Assembly (NCBI GenBank): GCA_963712275.1
Contig: CAVQHD010000001.1
Location: forward strand, 1,056,001 to 1,120,000
Direction: 5' to 3'
DNA: 64,000 nucleotides
Origin: an uncultured Rhabdochlamydiaceae bacterium
Lineage (GTDB): Bacteria > Chlamydiota > Chlamydiia > Chlamydiales > Rhabdochlamydiaceae
Part shown: in pieces, positions 51,208 through 61,199 of the stretch
Layout: the number at the start of each line of letters is the position of its first letter
How positions within the stretch are numbered: position 1 is the first letter of the stretch
The notes under the pieces: generated by a model
Told to the model about the DNA's origin: nothing
The model's input: the letters and a program-made list of their open reading frames with translations, nothing else
The model's database searches: none
Translations under genes and position numbers: made by a program

Positions 51208-51283
51208 AATTTTTTTTCAAAAAGACTTGCTTGAAAATCAACAAGATACAAAAATGAAATCTAAGATACAGGGAGATTAAGAC

Positions 51284-51595
51284 ATGGCAACGATCACGAA
51301 AAAGGAACTTGTTATCAAAATTTCTCAAGCTCTTGGCATACATCCCAATGAGGTGCGTAATGTTATTCAACTATTTCTCGATGAAATGACTGACGGCCTG
51401 GCAAAAGGCGATCGTTATGAATTTCGCGACTTTGGAATTTTTGAGATTGTGGAAAGAAAACAAAAAATTGGCCGCAATCCTAAGAATGCCTCGGTGGCAA
51501 TCGTGATTCCCGCACGTCCAGCTGTGAAATTTACCCCAGGCAAAAAGATGAAAAAGATGATCGAAAAACAACCTGTTCCTTCAAAGGTTATTTAA
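51284..51595 (+). CDS. ihfA: Integration host factor/HU-family DNA-binding protein
   Basis: ITKKEL, EFRDFGIFEIVERKQKIGRNPK, IPARPAVKFTPGK. Confidence 0.9.
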   Translation: MATITKKELVIKISQALGIHPNEVRNVIQLFLDEMTDGLAKGDRYEFRDFGIFEIVERKQKIGRNPKNASVAIVIPARPAVKFTPGKKMKKMIEKQPVPSKVI

Positions 51596-51604
51596 AGGTT
51601 CTTT

Positions 51605-53041
51605 GTGCCCATTTTAGAGCAAGCTGAAGATATTGATCATCATCTTTCTCTTCTCCACAATTTAGTCTTAAAAATTCTTGAAAGAAGGGAGAGTTCTTCC
51701 ACCTTAAGGAAAGAGTTTGGAGACCTCTTCAAGCAAGGGTATCATGACGGATTGCAACTTCCTAGAGCCTATTTTGCCCTGATCGCCCACCTTTTGCAGC
51801 TCGACCCTCTTCCAGTTCAACCTGTCCAGCTTCCCAATGGTGTTGCGCTTCTCGACACGTTTGGATGGTGCACCTCTCGAGAAGCTCCCGAGCCCACAGA
51901 ACTTGCCGAGCTTGGTGTCGTATGGATGATTTTAGGTGTTTGTCTTAAGGAAGAACTGCTTCAAAGGGCAGGGCTGAAAATTGCAACATGGCAAGTGCAT
52001 CTCTTGGATGCGCAAGGGACTCCACACCTCTCCCTTTGGTCTTGCGCCCGCTCCTTTCGTCCCTCTTTGCTTTCGATTTGGAATCATGTTTTATTTACGA
52101 TGGCCTATCGGCTCACAGGACAAAATGGTTTTGCGCAGATTGCAGACATCTGCCGTCAGCAAGCTTGGAATCCAAACGCATTTGCCCTGCAACTGCTCAG
52201 CTTGATTCCACCTACTGAGTTTTCAGGGTTGTATCAGAACCACCGTCCATTTGCAGAAGAGATGACAGTTGGAATCATGAAATTCTCGACGCCTGAGTCC
52301 AGTTTTATGGCACATTTAAGTGGTTGGAATTCAGGTCTTTTCTCCTTTCATAAAAAAGAAGTTGCCCTAGTCAATGGGGGACCTCAAGTAGGCCATTACG
52401 ACGATTTGAGTCAATTTGGGATTTACCGAACATGTAGACGACATTTTCAAGAAATTTTTTGGGAAAAAACCGCCTACCACTGTCATTTGAAAGGATGGAC
52501 CCGCCTCACTGCAATTCCTCTTTGGATAGAGCTGGATGCTCGTTTGCAAGCGGGCCAAGTGACGATTGAAATAGCGCTTCAAGAAAAAAATATCGAGATT
52601 TCCGAGGAAGTTGCAAAACTCCGATTTGGGGCCAAATCCGCGCTTTTTGGGCAGGATCCGGCTTCTGCGCAAATAGCCTACTCTAAATCGAGTATGTCAA
52701 TTTGCGCAGAAACCGGCCCTGCCCAAAATTCATCGAATTTGGCCTCCAAAGCGAGTCTTGCAACTCCCTCTTCCCTAAGCATGATTCTATTTCTCAAATG
52801 CCCGAAGCTGATCATTGGTGGAAAACACCATTTAAAAAGCACAGCCCTTGATCGATATGAAGGGAGGGCCCAATCTCTGGAGCTTCAAGGATCGCAGGAG
52901 AAAATGACGCTTCATCCCGATCCGGCTTTAAAGATGCAAGTTCTACCTCTTGCAGGGGGCGATTATTTCTGGGGCGCCGATTTTCTCGTTGCCTTTCCTT
53001 CTTTTCAGGAATCGAAGCTTTTTAGGCTTGAAATCAAGTAA
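51605..53041 (+). CDS. Hypothetical protein carrying an in-frame 57-codon palindromic insertion
   Basis: 478-aa ORF downstream of ihf in the ihf-accA-msbA cluster; insertion at 52604-52774. Confidence 0.75.
   Translation: MPILEQAEDIDHHLSLLHNLVLKILERRESSSTLRKEFGDLFKQGYHDGLQLPRAYFALIAHLLQLDPLPVQPVQLPNGVALLDTFGWCTSREAPEPTELAELGVVWMILGVCLKEELLQRAGLKIATWQVHLLDAQGTPHLSLWSCARSFRPSLLSIWNHVLFTMAYRLTGQNGFAQIADICRQQAWNPNAFALQLLSLIPPTEFSGLYQNHRPFAEEMTVGIMKFSTPESSFMAHLSGWNSGLFSFHKKEVALVNGGPQVGHYDDLSQFGIYRTCRRHFQEIFWEKTAYHCHLKGWTRLTAIPLWIELDARLQAGQVTIEIALQEKNIEISEEVAKLRFGAKSALFGQDPASAQIAYSKSSMSICAETGPAQNSSNLASKASLATPSSLSMILFLKCPKLIIGGKHHLKSTALDRYEGRAQSLELQGSQEKMTLHPDPALKMQVLPLAGGDYFWGADFLVAFPSFQESKLFRLEIK
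52604..52770. mobile_element. Palindromic element family C (RPE-like, in-frame)
   Basis: Termini GAGGAAGTTGCAAAACTC / GAGTCTTGCAACTCCCTC, imperfect palindrome along its length, flanked by a TTCC direct repeat (52600-52603, 52771-52774). Confidence 0.85.
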
Positions 53042-53119
53042 AAATTTTACTGAGATAGGTTCATTCGTTGAAACAAACGGCCTCTTCGGGTATGATGATT
53101 TCCTTGAAGGAGAAAAGAT

Positions 53120-54094
53120 TTGCGATTTCCAAGAATTCTTTTAGTCGGTTCTGTAATCCTTTTCATTGTCATTGGTATTTCAGCTGGTATTAAGAAATAT
53201 CTTGGGTCAAGGACTTCAACTGTTCTGAAGGTTCAGCCGCCTCCAAAACCTTTAAGGATGACAGAGCCCCTTGTTCAGGAAAAGGGAATCCTGCCGGCCT
53301 TAGATCGTGTTGGTGAGCTTTTTAGAACAGAGGGTCCTAAGCTGCCGATTGTTGAAACAATTGTCTATGAAAGTGGCGTGCCTTGGCTTAAAGGGCGCCC
53401 CGCATGGATTGGAGACTATGCATCTTACTACTCAACGTCGCGCCATTTTATTGCCCGTAGTCTGAATGGAAAACCTGATTACTTCACTCAAAAAATTTCT
53501 CCGGGGCGCAAATTCAATGTCTTTCGCAAAGATAAACATTTTCAGTTCTATCTTCTTGCCGACATTTCTCAATGTAGGATGGCATTTTATTACATCGACT
53601 TGGATACCCATGAAAGAGTCCTTCTCAAAACATACCGAATTGGGGTTGGAAAGAAAAGTGAAACGCCTTCAGGTAGTTTGACGCCAGTAGGGAAATATAT
53701 GCTGGGGGACAAAATTGCCGTTTATAAGCCGGGGATTATGGGTCTTTTCCATGATGAAACAGTGGAAATGATTCGGGTATTTGGAACGCGGTGGCTTCCG
53801 TTTGGAAAAGAAATAGGAAAAACGGAGGCTTCTCCTCCCAAAACCTTTCAAAGAGGGCTAGGCATTCACGGCGCTCCCTGGAATTTTGATTCCAAAGAAT
53901 CTCGCTGGGTCGAATCGAGACAAATGATCGGCTGTTATGAAAGCGCTGGGTCTATTCAGATGGCTTTTGAAGATATGGAAGAGCTTTTTGCAATTGTCAT
54001 CACGAGACCTACAATTGTTGAAATTGTTAAAAGTATTCATGGGGCACAGCTTCCAGGAATGGAAGTGATGTCTCCTAAAAATAATGAGGGCTAG
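53120..54094 (+). CDS. L,D-transpeptidase (YkuD)-like protein with N-terminal membrane anchor
   Basis: [35 protein letters not shown] (Ser at the usual Cys position). Confidence 0.75.
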   Translation: MRFPRILLVGSVILFIVIGISAGIKKYLGSRTSTVLKVQPPPKPLRMTEPLVQEKGILPALDRVGELFRTEGPKLPIVETIVYESGVPWLKGRPAWIGDYASYYSTSRHFIARSLNGKPDYFTQKISPGRKFNVFRKDKHFQFYLLADISQCRMAFYYIDLDTHERVLLKTYRIGVGKKSETPSGSLTPVGKYMLGDKIAVYKPGIMGLFHDETVEMIRVFGTRWLPFGKEIGKTEASPPKTFQRGLGIHGAPWNFDSKESRWVESRQMIGCYESAGSIQMAFEDMEELFAIVITRPTIVEIVKSIHGAQLPGMEVMSPKNNEG

Positions 54095-54101
54095 AATAGC
54101 T

Positions 54102-55046
54102 ATGTTGCCTCGAGAAAAACAGATTCGCGAATATGAAGAGACCATTGCTAAGTTTAAAAAACAGCATCAGGAAAATCCTCTTTTATCGGATGCAGATTTG
54201 CTCAAATTGGAGAAGAAGCTTGCGGATCTGAAGAAAAAAATTTATAGCAAACTCTCTTCCTGGGAACGGGTTGCCATCTGTCGGGACCCAGAGAGGCCAA
54301 AAGCGGTTGATTATATTAAAAATTTATGCGAAGAGTTTATCGAGCTAAGTGGAGATCGGCTATTTCGGGATGATCCCGCTATCATCTGTGGCTTGGCAAA
54401 GATGGGGAGCCTCAAATTAATGGTGATTGCTCAAGAAAAAGGGCATGATACAGAAACCCGTTTAAAACGAAACTTTGGAATGCCCCATCCTGAGGGATAC
54501 CGTAAAGCAATGCGATGCATGCGTCTTGCTGCTAAATTTAACCTTCCTATTGTCTGTTTTATTGATACTCCTGGTGCCTACCCGGGTCTTGCAGCCGAGG
54601 AACGGGGACAGGGATGGGCCATAGCTCAAAATCTTTTTGAAATGGCTCGTTTGCCAACACCGATTATCATTGTTTTAATTGGGGAAGGGTGTTCAGGGGG
54701 AGCTTTAGGAATTGGTATCGGCGATGCAATTGGCATGCTTGAACATGGATATTATTCTGTGATTTCTCCAGAAGGGTGTGCTTCAATTCTTTGGAAAGAT
54801 GCATCTAAAAATGAAATTGCAGCAAAAGCGCTCAAAATGCACGCTGAAGACTTGCTCCAGCTTGAGATCATTGATGAAATGATCAAAGAGCCTCTTGGGG
54901 GAGCCCATCATGACCCAGCAGTCATCTATGCGGGTGTTAAAAAATATATTCTTGATCAGTGGACCATTCTCCGAGCCATTCCCATTGAGATTTTGGTAGA
55001 ACAGAGGTATCAAAAATTTCGTCGTATGGGTCAACTAGAGAGATAG
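54102..55046 (+). CDS. accA: Acetyl-CoA carboxylase carboxyltransferase alpha subunit
   Basis: [53 protein letters not shown]. Confidence 0.97.
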   Translation: MLPREKQIREYEETIAKFKKQHQENPLLSDADLLKLEKKLADLKKKIYSKLSSWERVAICRDPERPKAVDYIKNLCEEFIELSGDRLFRDDPAIICGLAKMGSLKLMVIAQEKGHDTETRLKRNFGMPHPEGYRKAMRCMRLAAKFNLPIVCFIDTPGAYPGLAAEERGQGWAIAQNLFEMARLPTPIIIVLIGEGCSGGALGIGIGDAIGMLEHGYYSVISPEGCASILWKDASKNEIAAKALKMHAEDLLQLEIIDEMIKEPLGGAHHDPAVIYAGVKKYILDQWTILRAIPIEILVEQRYQKFRRMGQLER

Positions 55047-55092
55047 GAATCTATCCCGAAAATCGACTGAAACTTTTTATTGGGATAGGTTC
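55047..55092. repeat. Short degenerate palindromic element remnant
   Basis: GAATCTATCCC...GGGATAGGTTC inverted ends enclosing AAAATCGACTGAAACT, which resembles the family B inner arm. Confidence 0.5.
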
Positions 55093-55131
55093 AGGTTTCA
55101 TTAAACTCCTCTATTAGCTAAAATATGCTTT

Positions 55132-56976
55132 ATGAGTCTTTTATTTAAAGCAGCCCTTAGAAATCGGAAACACTTATCGCTACTTCTCGTTAGTTTTTTG
55201 ACGTTAATTTTTCTGACGGTTGCAAATTCTCTTGAAGTGTCAGCTCTTGGTGTTCTAATTAATGCGGACACCCTTTCGCAGCTGATGTCTGGGAAAGCCG
55301 TTTTTTCTCCCGCGCTTGATTTTGTAGGTAAAAGTCATGAGAATAATCCTCTTCAGTGGGTGATTGAGAAAGTTCATCAGCAGCTAGGCAATGTTTCAAG
55401 TTTGAAAGTGATGATTGCGATTTTAGTCAGCGTAGCTGTTTTTAAAGCGATTTCTCTCTTTTGGAGCCGCTATATGACGCAACTCATGGCGATCCGTGTC
55501 AGCCGTGATCTGCGTCAGCAGTATTTTGAACATATTCAAGCGCTTCCAATGAGCTTTTATCAAAAACACAATATTGGAAGTCTTTCTTCAAGGGTTGTGG
55601 GGGATGCAGGTCAAATTGCGACATCGATTAATTCTGCGCTCACCAATTATCTTCACACTCCTTTTACAATTTTTTTAACGCTTCTTTTTTGTTTTTATAT
55701 CTCTTGGCAATTATCGATGGTGATTTTCTTTGGTCTTCCCATGATCGTGCTTCCTATCATTACCCTTGCTAAACGGGTGAAGCGGGTTTCGAGGCAGCTC
55801 CAATCCAACCAAGAGAAATTCGCCTCGGTTCTCATCGATTTTCTAGCTGGAATTCAGACGGTGAAGATTTTTGCTATGGAGTCATTCTCTTTTAAGAAAT
55901 ATAAAGAACAAAATGATCGAATGGCTGTTCTTGAAGGGAAAACTGCCAAATACGGCTTCCTCACGCGTCCGATCTTACATCTTATCACAACATTATGCCT
56001 TGCGGCGGTCGTATTATTCGGGCTTCTAACGCTTAAGCTAACCATTTCTCAGCTCATCGTTTTTTGCGGCCTTCTTCAAATGTCATACGAGGCAATCAAA
56101 AAGTTTGCAGATGAAAATGCCAATATTCAGCGAGGTGTCGTCGCGGCAGAACGGATGTTTGAAGTTCTTAACTTAAAGCCTGAAATTGAAGATCATCCTC
56201 ATGCGATTCAGTTGCCAGGGTTTCACGACCAAATTGAGTTCGACCATGTCTGGTTTCGTTATCAGGGAGAATGGGTGCTCAAAAATGTGAGCTTTACTGT
56301 TAAAAAAGGAGAGACCGTTGCAATTGTAGGACCTACCGGGTCAGGAAAATCGACCATCGTTCAGCTTTTGCCGCGTCTCTATGAAGTGCAAGAAGGGGAG
56401 ATTCGATTAGATGGCAAGCCCATCAATGCTTATACTCAGAAATCCCTGCGTGAACATATTGGGTTTGTCTCTCAAAAGCCGTTTTTATTTTGTGATACGA
56501 TTGCGGCTAACGTCGCATTTGGGCGTAACTTTTCTCGAGAAGAGATCATAGAAGCAGCTCGCCGCGCTCATGCGGAGGAGTTTATTATCAAGCAGCCTAA
56601 AGGGTACGACTCGATGGTTGCGGAAGCAGGTCAAAATTTATCTGGAGGACAGCAGCAGCGGCTTGCGATCACGAGAGCCCTTGTTAAAAATGCTCCTATT
56701 TTAGTCCTCGATGAAGCAACCTCTTCGCTAGATGCGATCAGTGAAAATAAAATTCGGCTGGCGATTGCCGAACTTCATGGACAAATCACGCAGATTATCA
56801 TCGCTCATCGCCTTGGAACAATCGAGCATGCCGACCGCATCATCTTCTTAGACCATGGAGAAAAAATTGCTGAAGGGACAAAAGATGAGCTTCTCAAGAG
56901 TTGTGAGCCTTTCCGCCTCATGTGGGAAATTCTCCATCATTCAGAGAAAAAGCCTGAGTTAGTAGAGGCTACATAA
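55132..56976 (+). CDS. msbA: ABC exporter, MsbA-like (fused TMD-NBD)
   Basis: TM domain plus GPTGSGKST, LSGGQQQR, ILVLDEATS, IAHRL; follows accA as in chlamydiae. Confidence 0.8.
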   Translation: MSLLFKAALRNRKHLSLLLVSFLTLIFLTVANSLEVSALGVLINADTLSQLMSGKAVFSPALDFVGKSHENNPLQWVIEKVHQQLGNVSSLKVMIAILVSVAVFKAISLFWSRYMTQLMAIRVSRDLRQQYFEHIQALPMSFYQKHNIGSLSSRVVGDAGQIATSINSALTNYLHTPFTIFLTLLFCFYISWQLSMVIFFGLPMIVLPIITLAKRVKRVSRQLQSNQEKFASVLIDFLAGIQTVKIFAMESFSFKKYKEQNDRMAVLEGKTAKYGFLTRPILHLITTLCLAAVVLFGLLTLKLTISQLIVFCGLLQMSYEAIKKFADENANIQRGVVAAERMFEVLNLKPEIEDHPHAIQLPGFHDQIEFDHVWFRYQGEWVLKNVSFTVKKGETVAIVGPTGSGKSTIVQLLPRLYEVQEGEIRLDGKPINAYTQKSLREHIGFVSQKPFLFCDTIAANVAFGRNFSREEIIEAARRAHAEEFIIKQPKGYDSMVAEAGQNLSGGQQQRLAITRALVKNAPILVLDEATSSLDAISENKIRLAIAELHGQITQIIIAHRLGTIEHADRIIFLDHGEKIAEGTKDELLKSCEPFRLMWEILHHSEKKPELVEAT

Positions 56977-57661
56977 CTCCGAGCTTAACAAGGGCTTCCT
57001 TTAAATCCCGGTTTTCTCCTTTATCCAGAGCACCGCTTTTCTTAAGCCAGTCAAAATAGCTGCGAGGAACGGTCGAAAGAAGCATTCCTTGATGTTTTCC
57101 AAAAGGCATCCGATCCAAGGTTGTCGATTGATTCAGCAATTCAAGTGCTGTCTCAATAGGCAAGTCATCGATCATAATAGAAAAAACCTGGTACAAAATC
57201 ATCACGTCGTCGAGCGCCCGGTGGGCTCGGTTGGCTTCAAGGCCGTAGACCTCTCGCAGAGAGGGAAGGGCATGGCTTGGAAGATCAGAGCGGTACTTGC
57301 GAGACCATTTGAGGGTATCGAGATATTTCCACTGAGGAAGAACAAGACCACAGCGGCCCGATTCTGCCTCTAAGAAGAGTTTATCGAATCGATCATTATT
57401 GTGAGCAATCAAGACAGCCTCTGGGCCGCAAAATTCAATGAATTGAGCGCCCACAACAGAAAAGTTTGCTGCTTCAGCAACCATTTCATCCGTGATTCCA
57501 GTGATCGTCGTCGATTCTGAAGGAATGGGGCATCCAGGATTGACAAACTGGACAAATGAAGCCTGCTTTAAAGGATCATAGGCTGCAATTTCAATGATAC
57601 GGTCCTTCTCGGAGCGGACTCCTGTCGTTTCTGTATCGTAATAAATTGGTCTTAGTGGCAT
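56969..57661 (-). CDS. dnaQ: DEDDh 3'-5' exonuclease (DNA polymerase III epsilon-like) with C-terminal MPFGKH domain
   Basis: YDTETTG, IAHN..FD, DTL, AHRALDD, MPFGKHQG. Confidence 0.85.
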   Translation of the reverse strand: MPLRPIYYDTETTGVRSEKDRIIEIAAYDPLKQASFVQFVNPGCPIPSESTTITGITDEMVAEAANFSVVGAQFIEFCGPEAVLIAHNNDRFDKLFLEAESGRCGLVLPQWKYLDTLKWSRKYRSDLPSHALPSLREVYGLEANRAHRALDDVMILYQVFSIMIDDLPIETALELLNQSTTLDRMPFGKHQGMLLSTVPRSYFDWLKKSGALDKGENRDLKEALVKLGVM

Positions 57662-57686
57662 AATTTACCTTTATTGTAGGCCTTTC

Positions 57687-58271
57687 TTGCAACTTTTACA
57701 AGCAGTCCTTATTTGTCTTTTTTGCGTCCCAGCCTATGCGGCTCTCTCAACACCTCATGTGATGGTCTATTTTTCTCCGGAGGATCATTTAGAGAAGGAG
57801 CTCATTCAACTGATCAATGAAGAGACAAAAAGCATTCATGTCTGTATTTATACCCTTACCCATCGAGGAGTGATCGGAGCACTTATCGAAGCAAAAAAGC
57901 GGGGAGTACATATCGAGGTGATTGTCGATCGGTTTTCAATCAGGGCAAATTCTCCTCTCCACCGGCTTGTAGAAGCCATGATCCCTATCCATGTATGGAA
58001 CCCCGGCTCTCCTAGACAAAAAAGAGGCCGCCGCTCCATCATGCACAACAAATATTGTGTGTTTGGAGATCAAAAGGTGTGGACAGGGTCATTTAACATG
58101 ACTTATGAAGCTGCCCGGATGCATCAAGAAAATGCGCTGGTCATCCATGATCCTGCAGTTGCCCATGCCTACAAAAATCAATTTTATACGATCAAGCTTC
58201 GCTCTTGTAGCCCCTTGCCTGCCTTTCTTGCATCCAATCCCCATAAACGGCCTAAGAAGCTATCCAGGTAA
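57687..58271 (+). CDS. Single-domain phospholipase D/Nuc-family protein with signal peptide
   Basis: YFSPED, MHNKYCVFGD, WTGSFN, EN. Confidence 0.85.
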   Translation: MQLLQAVLICLFCVPAYAALSTPHVMVYFSPEDHLEKELIQLINEETKSIHVCIYTLTHRGVIGALIEAKKRGVHIEVIVDRFSIRANSPLHRLVEAMIPIHVWNPGSPRQKRGRRSIMHNKYCVFGDQKVWTGSFNMTYEAARMHQENALVIHDPAVAHAYKNQFYTIKLRSCSPLPAFLASNPHKRPKKLSR

Positions 58272-58307
58272 AATTGAATTGACCAAACCTCCTCATCATC
58301 GCTAAAC

Positions 58308-58919
58308 TTGTGCGAGCTTATGCCTGCACCTGCCTTAACAACGAAGCGACTTTTGCTGAGACACTGGAAAGAGGATGATTTGCCACTCTTTGCCAAGCTG
58401 AACATGGACAAGCGTGTCATGGAATTTTTCCCTTCGACTCTTTCTTGTGAGGAGAGCAACGCCCTTGCAGGAAGAATAGAACAAGAGCTTCGGGAAAAAG
58501 ACTATGGACTCTGGGCTGTTGAAGTCGTAGGTGTCGCATCTTTCATCGGCTTTGTCGGGCTGCATTATCAAAATTTCTCTGCTCACTTTACCCCTTGCAT
58601 TGAGATTGGGTGGAGGCTAGATTTTGAATATTGGGGTCAGGGGTATGCTTTTGAAGCAGCCAAGCGAGTTCTTGAATATGCCTTTACTGTTCTCAAGTTG
58701 CCAGAGGTTGTCTCCTTTACTACCATGACAAATCGGCGATCAAGGCAACTGATGGAGAAGCTAGGCATGACCTACAATTCTCAGGATGATTTTGAACATC
58801 CCAAACTTCCTGAAGGTCATTTGCTTCGCCCTCATGTGCTGTATCGCCTTAGAAGCTGTCTTAAGACTCAGGTTTCGTCGCTTTTTGGAGGATTTTTGGC
58901 CAATTTTCGCTTTATTTGA
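58308..58919 (+). CDS. RimJ/RimL-type GNAT acetyltransferase, C-terminus replaced by an inserted element
   Basis: LTTKRLLLR, FIGFVGL, EIGWRL..WGQGYA, N..S..LMEKLGM, FEHP, HVLYRL. Confidence 0.9.
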   Translation: MCELMPAPALTTKRLLLRHWKEDDLPLFAKLNMDKRVMEFFPSTLSCEESNALAGRIEQELREKDYGLWAVEVVGVASFIGFVGLHYQNFSAHFTPCIEIGWRLDFEYWGQGYAFEAAKRVLEYAFTVLKLPEVVSFTTMTNRRSRQLMEKLGMTYNSQDDFEHPKLPEGHLLRPHVLYRLRSCLKTQVSSLFGGFLANFRFI

Positions 58920-59021
58920 TGGGGGTAATATACGAAAGTTGATATAACCCCCACCAAATAAAGCGAAAATTGGCTCAAAAAGCCCCAAAAATCGACAGAA
59001 ACTGAGTTTTAAGACAGCTTC
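58852..59021. mobile_element. Palindromic element family B (MITE-like, 170 bp)
   Basis: Termini GAAGCTGTCTTAA / TTAAGACAGCTTC, imperfect arms of about 80 bp, TTA direct repeat at 58849-58851 and 59022-59024. Confidence 0.85.
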
Positions 59022-59094
59022 TTAGCCAACAAGATTTTTTCTCTAGGGGATCATAGGATCTCAACTTTGAGTCAGCTTTTTAAACAGATCGAAT

Positions 59095-60603
59095 TCAATC
59101 CATCTCATAAATCAATTGAACAAGTCCACTGGGATAAGATTGGGAAGAGACCAAGCGGCATGCATGTTCTTTGCCTGTTGGATTAAAAAGAGGTATCCCA
59201 GATCCAAGAATCACAGGAATAAGGGACAAAGTCATAGAATCCACCATCTGCAAATCTAGAAATTGAGAGATCGTAACTCCTCCATCGACCCAAATATGTT
59301 TTATCCCTTCTTTGTGCAGCTTGGTGAGCAGTGCAGCCAGATTTCCACAATAGAGTTCCATGTCTTTTCTGACGGAATTTAAGCTGTTGCTTAGGACAAC
59401 CACTCTTTTTCCTGGGTAGGGATCTGGCACTGTTGTTGCAACTTCATAAGTTTTGCGACCAATAATTAAGGCATCGATGCTGCCCAGCAGCTTTTGAAAT
59501 CCATAATCTTCGTCAAATCCGCCGACTCGATCGAGAAAGTCAAGATTACCATCTTTACGGGCGATGTATCCATCGATGCTCATAGCAATGTAGACGGAGA
59601 TTTTTGGTCTATCCATTCGATCAATTGTAAGACATTTTCCTATTTCGATATCTCGTGGATCACCCTCATAGCCATCAGGATCGTTAAATGGCATTTCTCT
59701 ATATCCATGCTGGCGATAGAATTTATAGGCTTCCGGCGAGGATTGAATGAGTAACTCTTTGATTCCTTGATGATAGAGCCAGCGTTCACAAAGCCTTAAA
59801 AATTGACCTCCAAATCCAAGATTGCGGTGTTGTTCATCAATTGCAATAATTCTTAGGGCGGCTCTACTCTCTGGCCAAAGCTGGAGATGTGCATAGCCAA
59901 TTATTTCTGCATTTTTGTAGAAGACAAAATGGATGTGATCTTTATGTGTGAATGTCCAAGTATAGGGGTCTTCTTTTGATTTGAAAAAATATTTATTGCG
60001 AAAGGCACGCACCGCATTCCATTCTCGATCGGTCAATGCTTTTACTATACGCCATCCATCAAAACCATCCTTTGTATCAATGCTTGCAACGAAGGCATCT
60101 TTCCCATTGCAATACTGCAGAATATCGTGAGGGAATTTCTTAGCTAATTCTAGTTTGAGTCTAGCATAGCTTTCGGCATCAGCCTTATGAGAGCGCATCC
60201 AATCGCAGAACTTCAAATATCTGCTGATTTCAGGGTCCCCTTCCTGATACACATGGACATGATGAGTACGTACACTTTTGCCTTTTTGAAAATACCTCCT
60301 AAAAGCCATGCCATATTCACCTTTGGCTTCGTATCCTAGGGACTCCATAGCTTCTATCGCGTTATCAACCTCTTGAATATTCCGCACAACCGGAAGCATA
60401 TCGATAATAGGTTTGGCGCTTAAACCAGGGATGGAAGTTGAGCCAATATGGTGGATCTGAACGCAATTACATCCTAGGGCTTGTTTAACCTGCTCTGCTT
60501 CTGATTTAAACAATTCGGGCCACTTTGGGTCATAGTCGACAACTTCGATCTTTCTTGCCGTATCAATGGATGCATCAGAAGAGGGCATTACAGATTCTTG
60601 CAC
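59095..60603 (-). CDS. Three-domain fusion: GrpB nucleotidyltransferase-like + GNAT + RibD_C/DHFR-like reductase
   Basis: HHIGSTSIPGLSAKPIID..RTHHVH (GrpB); RNLGFGGQFL..FYRQHGY (GNAT); YIAMSIDGYIA, IIGRKTYE, WVDGG, PVILGSGIPLF (RibD_C). Confidence 0.85.
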   Translation of the reverse strand: MQESVMPSSDASIDTARKIEVVDYDPKWPELFKSEAEQVKQALGCNCVQIHHIGSTSIPGLSAKPIIDMLPVVRNIQEVDNAIEAMESLGYEAKGEYGMAFRRYFQKGKSVRTHHVHVYQEGDPEISRYLKFCDWMRSHKADAESYARLKLELAKKFPHDILQYCNGKDAFVASIDTKDGFDGWRIVKALTDREWNAVRAFRNKYFFKSKEDPYTWTFTHKDHIHFVFYKNAEIIGYAHLQLWPESRAALRIIAIDEQHRNLGFGGQFLRLCERWLYHQGIKELLIQSSPEAYKFYRQHGYREMPFNDPDGYEGDPRDIEIGKCLTIDRMDRPKISVYIAMSIDGYIARKDGNLDFLDRVGGFDEDYGFQKLLGSIDALIIGRKTYEVATTVPDPYPGKRVVVLSNSLNSVRKDMELYCGNLAALLTKLHKEGIKHIWVDGGVTISQFLDLQMVDSMTLSLIPVILGSGIPLFNPTGKEHACRLVSSQSYPSGLVQLIYEMD

Positions 60604-61199
60604 GTATTAGGATCGATTTCAATAGCAATAAATACCTCAACTTCTTGAGGAGAACCTGAAAATTTATCTCCATAAACTTCATAATCACCGGTATAGGTAC
60701 GTTTCAAATCAGCTTGTTGCCAAATATGGCCCCATGTTTCTATTAACCTTTTGGGATGTTCTCCAATTGCGGGGAAAACCGCATAAGACCCAGCAGGAAT
60801 AATTTTAGTGACCATTCCCTTGGGAATGGCGTCAAGTGAGCTAACCGGACAACCGATTACAAGAGAGTATGGCTGTGTGTAGTCGCCTTCATAGTCACAA
60901 TAAAGAGCAATGACTTCATTGGAGGCTTTATTTGGGATTTGGTCGATGATGTTTTCGCTATAAAATTTCCCCCAATGTTTTGAAATATCATGAGGGCCTG
61001 CTTCAGGAGCATTAGATGTTCTGCATTCAATTCCCATTATTATCGTGGAGGGCTTTTGAACAACGGTGTAACTTTTCATCATATGTTCCTTAGAAGGTTG
61101 ATTTTGATTGGTAGTAAAAGACTCGCCTTGAGCAAAGGCCACGCTATAGAAGAATGTTGTTGAAATAGATAGAAAGGTAAATAGGTTTTTCATGGGCAA
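60588..61199 (-). CDS. GyrI-like (Cass2/BmrR-type) small-molecule binding protein
   Basis: GIECRTSN, ALYCDYEGDYT, IPAGSYAVF, WGHIW, RTYTGDYEVY. Signal-like N-terminus; an internal start near 61083 is possible. Confidence 0.82.
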   Translation of the reverse strand: MPMKNLFTFLSISTTFFYSVAFAQGESFTTNQNQPSKEHMMKSYTVVQKPSTIIMGIECRTSNAPEAGPHDISKHWGKFYSENIIDQIPNKASNEVIALYCDYEGDYTQPYSLVIGCPVSSLDAIPKGMVTKIIPAGSYAVFPAIGEHPKRLIETWGHIWQQADLKRTYTGDYEVYGDKFSGSPQEVEVFIAIEIDPNTCKNL

